Shown piece after piece: positions 58,823 to 64,000 of a DNA stretch of 64,000 bases. Origin of the DNA: Yuukianura sp. NJ FZ-2021. Its lineage: Eukaryota. Positions within the stretch are counted from its first letter, which is position 1; each line of letters begins with the position of its first letter. Position numbers and translations under genes: made by a program. A model generated the notes under the pieces. That model saw only the letters and a list, made by a program, of their open reading frames with translations. It made no database searches and was not told the origin of the DNA. The stretch lies in the NCBI GenBank assembly GCA_046563655.1, contig CM102285.1, positions 2,108,001 to 2,172,000 on the forward strand, read 5' to 3'.

Positions 58823-59282
58823 ATGTTGCTATTTGTGCGTACGTTGGTCGTATTTATTGGTTTGGTTTTGATTCTCCAGGTTTCAAATGTAAGTATCAAG
58901 CGCTTTAGAAATAAGTTTGCACACACAGTGATTCAAAGGTTTTGTGTTTTTTTTTAACAAAACAAATTTTTGTTTTTGCTAATTTCTAAAATCAGGGCCT
59001 GAGTGATGAGAATTTTGAGTCCGAATCGCCTAGAATCCTGAGTAGCCGGAATCGTCGGGCGTTAGGTAAATTTTTTTATGTTAACTACTAATACACGTTT
59101 TAATTTTAAAATTTTATATTTGCCAAATTTTTGAATCTACTAATTTTTGAAACAATTTTTTTGAAAATCAACCTTCAGACTGTAAGACGTTTGGGTGTTT
59201 CTCACTTGGTCAAACGTGCGTTGAGTGCTTGGGATGGGTACCACCATTGTGGCAGTGTGTTTCGGAAGGAGAAAGCTGTTAA
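58823..59282 (+). CDS. Unrecognised secreted Cys-rich prepropeptide (79 aa, 3 exons)
   Basis: Exons 58823-58888, 58996-59065 and 59179-59282. Signal MLLFVRTLVVFIGLVLILQVSNG, acidic pro-region ending RNRR, mature ALDCKTFGCFSLGQTCVECLGWVPPLWQCVSEGESC. TATATAAA at ~58702. Confidence 0.8.
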
Positions 59283-59668
59283 CAAAAACGTTTCATTTTT
59301 ATCAAATGATGTAACACAGAACTGTTTATACAAGTAAAATAAAAAAATTTTCTTTGAAATGCAGTAAACCAATTTTAATAAATTTAGTAAGAAAGAGCCA
59401 AGTTGGAAGTATATTTTTTTTTGACATGTACGAAGTGAAAAATACTTATGACGGGTAACAGACAACAGAATTGGATGTTTTTTTTTTTACGTTCACACGG
59501 TTTTGAGAAATTACGATATTTCCTAACATTTTCGCACTCACAAAGGTGTTTGAAATATTTTATTAACAAAGCAAGGGCATTTCAAAACTTAAAAACTTTG
59601 ACTGCAATATTTCAAAAAATTATTTAAAGACGTTTTTGTGGCACTTTATGCATTCAATTTTGTAAAAA

Positions 59669-62600
59669 ATGGACGACAGCATTGTAGTTGCAGGAATTTC
59701 AGGAAGATTTCCAGAGTCTACTACAGTAGATGAATTTTGGACAAATTTAGTGAATGGCGTTGACATGGTAACTGCCAATGATCGGCGCTGGCAGCAAGGT
59801 AAGCTAAGAATTTTATACTGATTAACTCTACAAGTTGTCTAATAATTTACATTATATCTTATTCGTACATTAACATTATATTACATTTACACTATGCATT
59901 ACTATGCATTATACTATGTTTACATTACACATATTATATTTAATAATTTATTTTTGTTTTACAAACAGGATTTTCTGGGCTTCCAAGGCGGAAGGGAACT
60001 TTGAAAAATTCGTTGGAGGAATTTGACTCGGACTTTTTCGGAATTCATCGCAAGCAAGCCGAAAGGTTGGACCCACGCCTTAGACAGCTTTTGGAAGTGA
60101 CCTGGGAAGCGATTTTCGATGGCGGTAAAAATTCAAATTCCAAATGCAAAAAATGTTGTTTGAAATTTAAAAAAATTGTTTGAAATTAGTGTATAAATTT
60201 TTTAACTAGGAGTGAATCCAGTTGAACTTCGTGGGCGAGCTATTGGTGTTTACGTTGGTGTTTCAAGTCAAGAAACAATTGAAGCAGCGCGATCGAATCC
60301 AGCGACTGTTAGCTCTTACGATGTTCCAGGTTCAGCCGGTTGCATGTTTGCAAATCGCGTGTCGTTTGCTTTTGATTTTCGCGGTCCCAGTGCATGCGTC
60401 GACACTTACTGCTCGTCATCACTTATGGCATTACATATGGCGACAAAAGCAATCAGAAATGGAGAATGTGATGGAGCAATTGTGGCGGGAATTAACTTAC
60501 TGCTCAATCCATTCAGCAGTTTGCAAATCAATGCTCTAGGAGTGTTGTCAGAAGATGGAAAATGCAAATCTTTTGACGCTTCAGGTATTTTCATTTCAAA
60601 AAATTCTGTTCCTAAAATACTTTTTTTTGAAAAATATTTTTGTGCCATGCAATTTGCGTAATGCTTCCAAAGGTAACGGTTACGTCCAAAGTGAAACCAT
60701 CGCTGCTGTGTACATTACCAAAAAATCCTTGGCGAGGCGTTGCTACGCAACAATTGTAAACACTAAAACAAACACTGATGGTTACAAAACCAATGGCCTT
60801 ACATTTCCTTCTGGCTCTGCCCAAGAACTGCTCATGCGTCAAACTTACGCAGAAGTTGGACTACGTCCAGAAGACGTCTACTATGTGGAAGCTCACGGTA
60901 CAGGAACGGCTGTTGGAGATGTCCAAGAACTACAGGCAATTTCGGCAGTATTTTGCCCAAATCGTTCTCCGTCGACTCCACTTCTAATCGGATCAACTAA
61001 AAGCAACATGGGACATGCCGAAGCTGCTGCTGGCGTTGCATCATTGATCAAAGTAGTTCTTTCTATTAACAGAAATTTGATTCCACCGAATCTTCATTTT
61101 TGCACTCCGAATCCCGCCATAGCAGAATTACTCAACGGAAAGTTAAAGGTCAATTTAGCATGAGCTCAGATATATTTTGTTTGTTTATCAAATAGAAAAA
61201 TTTGTTAAATTTTGAAATTGTAACAGCTAAATATGTTGAATTTTTAAAAAATTTGTTCCAGGTAGTGACAGAAGCATCTGCTGTGTGCGGTGACCTGTTC
61301 GGAATTTCAGGATTTGGACTTGGTGGTACAAACGTTCACGTTATACTGAAACGTGAAATGGATCTGCCGGCAGAAACGTTTTTGCCAGCTTCAACCACGT
61401 TATTTCCAACGTTGATTCCGTTTTCCGCTCGAACACGAAAAGGAGTTCAGGGAGCGTTGGAGCAGGCAATAAAAACTTTTTTGTTTTTGAAATTTTCAGT
61501 TTCATTTATTTCTAGGCCAAAAAAAAATTTTTTTAACACGCAAAAAATTTTTGTATGAGTTTGTGTTTTCTCTTGACAGATCACCCAGAACCATGATTTT
61601 GGACAAATTCGTTTGCTAAACAAAATACATGAAATGCCAATTGCAAATCACAAATTTCGTGGCGTTTCTGTACTTGGATCAGAGAAACCAAATTCAGCCA
61701 TTCAGGTGAGTGTCAAGGCTCAATCGGAGTTTATTTATTTTATGTATTATTTAATATTCTGTTTTATTTTATTTTTCCTTCTCCTATATTGAATTTGGGA
61801 AATTTTGAATTTTAGTTTTTGAATACTTTTTTGTGTCAGGAATTGAGTGGCTGTAGACCTCTGTGGCTTATTTTCCCAGGGATGGGAACTCAATGGGCAG
61901 GAATGGGCAGAGACGTCATGGAAATTGACACCGTAAGACAATCCATTGAAAAGTCAGCGGCAATCATGAAACCATTTGGAATTGACGTGCCAGATTTAGT
62001 TGTCACTCAAGATGAGGAAACGTTCACGAAACATGTCATCACAGCATACACCATTATGGGGGTCAGTATATGCCAACAATTTAAAAAAACCCAAAGTTCA
62101 ATTGAAGTAAAAACACAAAATTTCCTCGAAATGCCCAACAATAATTTCTGGTGTTTCATCAATTTTTGAATTTTTAGATAGCGTTGGTGGATTTCATAAA
62201 ATCTTTGAATTTGACGCCGGATGGATTCATTGGACATTCAGCTGGAGAGGCACTCTGTGCCTACTTTGATGGTTGTTGGACACACGAAGAGGCTTTGTTG
62301 TGTCAGTATCATAAGGAAGTACTGCTTGCTGAAAATCCAGGCAACTGCGCCTGTGCAATGGCTTCGGTCGGGTTGTCTTGGGAAGAGGCAAATGCACAGT
62401 GTCCAGAATCCATATTTCCTGCTTGTCACAATGGTGACGACAACGTGACCTTGGCTGGTCCAGCAGCCGAACTGACGAAATACGTTGATGAGCTAAAGTC
62501 GAAAGGCGTTTTTGCTAAAATTGTTCCAACTGGGGGAATGGCTTTTCACAGTCCTTACATTAGCCACATCAGTTCAAAATTAGAAATATTTTTAAGGTAA

Positions 62601-64000
62601 GTTGAATTCAGGTAAAAACATGGATTTTGAAAAACAAAATGGAAATAATTTTTGAAAAGTTCATCGAAAATACTTTGAATTGCGTGTCGTCAGGACTCAT
62701 ATCCAAGGTCATCGCTCGAGGTCACCGAAATGGATTTCGACAGTGTATGCACAAAATGACACCCAACATGAAGCAGTATTCAATCCAGAATATATTCTTC
62801 GTCAATTTGAATCTCCAGTTAGATTTCACTCCGCTGTGAAACGAGTACCACCGAATGCAGTTGTGCTGGAAGTTGGAAGTCATTCCTTGTTTCAAACTAT
62901 TTTGAAAAGATCGCTTCCCGCCAGTGTTACTCTCATTCCAACAATGATGAAGAATGGAAATGATAACTTAAGTAGACTTTATACTGCAGTGGGTTTACTA
63001 TTCGTCAATGGATTTCAGCCAAAACTCACCGCGTTGACATCACAACGTAATCAGCAAACTGTCGAGAAGTTGGCGCGAAATACAAAGGTCAAGTATTTCA
63101 TCGCTTGTAAAGTGGGATCACTCGCAGAAATTTCCGCTTCTGAACTATATATCTGTGAGTGATTTTCAATATATTAGAGACTATTTACAAGTTCAAAAAG
63201 TTGGCGGAAATTTTGAAAATGAAATATTTGAAATTGTAAATTCAAACTTAATTTACGTTTTATGTTTGAACAGAAAAGTCGCAGTGAAAATGTATTCACA
63301 GTGTCGATAGATGATGCAGAGTGGGAGTTTTTGAAAGGGCATAAAATCGACGGTCGAATTCTTTTTCCTGCTACAGGCTACCTAGTAACAAAAATTTTTT
63401 TGAACTTTAATTTATAAAATTCACTTTGTTTTATACATTACAAAACTGTTAATCACATTTGCATGAAAATATATCCAAGGTACTTACATGGAAGGCCTAC
63501 GCTAACATGTTAAGAAAAAGCTGGAAATCGTTTGGCGTCAAATTTGAAAACGTAGAATTCCATCGTGCAACTGTTCTAAATATCAAAGGTACACTGACAC
63601 ACTGTAGTTTAACATTAACAAAGTTCATCTGATTCTGATTTTGGTTTTGAAAAATTCTAGATTCAGTTGATTTTTCAATAAGCATTTTCGAAGACAGCGG
63701 TAAATTTCAAATTTGTGAATCCAAGAGCATTGTGGCTTCTGGCATGATTCATGAACTTGGACAAAATGACAGAAATTTTCTCCCTAATTCAAGTTCTTCT
63801 GAACTCGTCCTACAACAAAAAGATATTTATAAAGACTTTCGTCTTCGCGGTTACGAATATACTGAAAAGTTTCAAGGAATTTTAAGTTCCAGTATTACCG
63901 GTAACATTACAAAAATTTTATTTGAAAACCTGAATTTGATTAAGGACAAACATTTTTTAATATTTACTATTATACAAATTTTGTTTTTGAAACAGGGGAT
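59669..64000 (+). CDS. Type I fatty acid synthase / FAS-like PKS, 5' part (KS, AT, start of DH), divergent and with an apparent frameshift; runs off the window
   Basis: KS: IVVAGISGRFPE, VDTYCSSS, EAHGTGT, KSNMGHAE. AT: FPGMGTQW, GHSAGE, MAFHS. DH: LKGHKIDGRILFPATGYL. Frame break at ~63088. Confidence 0.88.

Noticed and set aside
59850-59945. Degenerate acatt/tata low-complexity tract in the first FAS intron
   Set aside because: An ordinary decayed microsatellite.

Overview
AT-rich, intron-dense eukaryotic DNA with short GT-AG introns. It is most likely arthropod, possibly a springtail; this is inferred from gene content and cannot be proven here. No rRNA, tRNA or CRISPR features were seen. 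All gene models and alignments were read by eye. In order, the window holds: (1) a tandem array of five SLC18B1-like MFS transporter genes, interleaved with one intact gustatory-receptor-like gene, two decayed copies of it and a beta-defensin-like peptide gene with a premature stop; (2) four SLC15/PepT oligopeptide transporter paralogs; (3) an intact 5.8 kb autonomous Helitron with resolved ends, two non-autonomous relatives (one carrying an ORF1-only retroelement with a TSD) and several palindromic MITEs; (4) a small Zn-ribbon/coiled-coil gene, a ubiquitin-like/Cys-string/Zn-domain gene, a frameshifted chemoreceptor-like gene, DAD1, an actinoporin-like gene, an unrecognised 6-Cys prepropeptide and the 5' part of a divergent, frameshifted FAS/PKS-like gene. 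Best leads: a spliced, secreted 104-aa protein whose His pattern resembles bacterial polymorphic-toxin HNH-fold nuclease tips; an 8 x 24-bp hairpin array with compensatory stem changes in the Helitron; and several putative defence effectors that the ORF track misses or splits.
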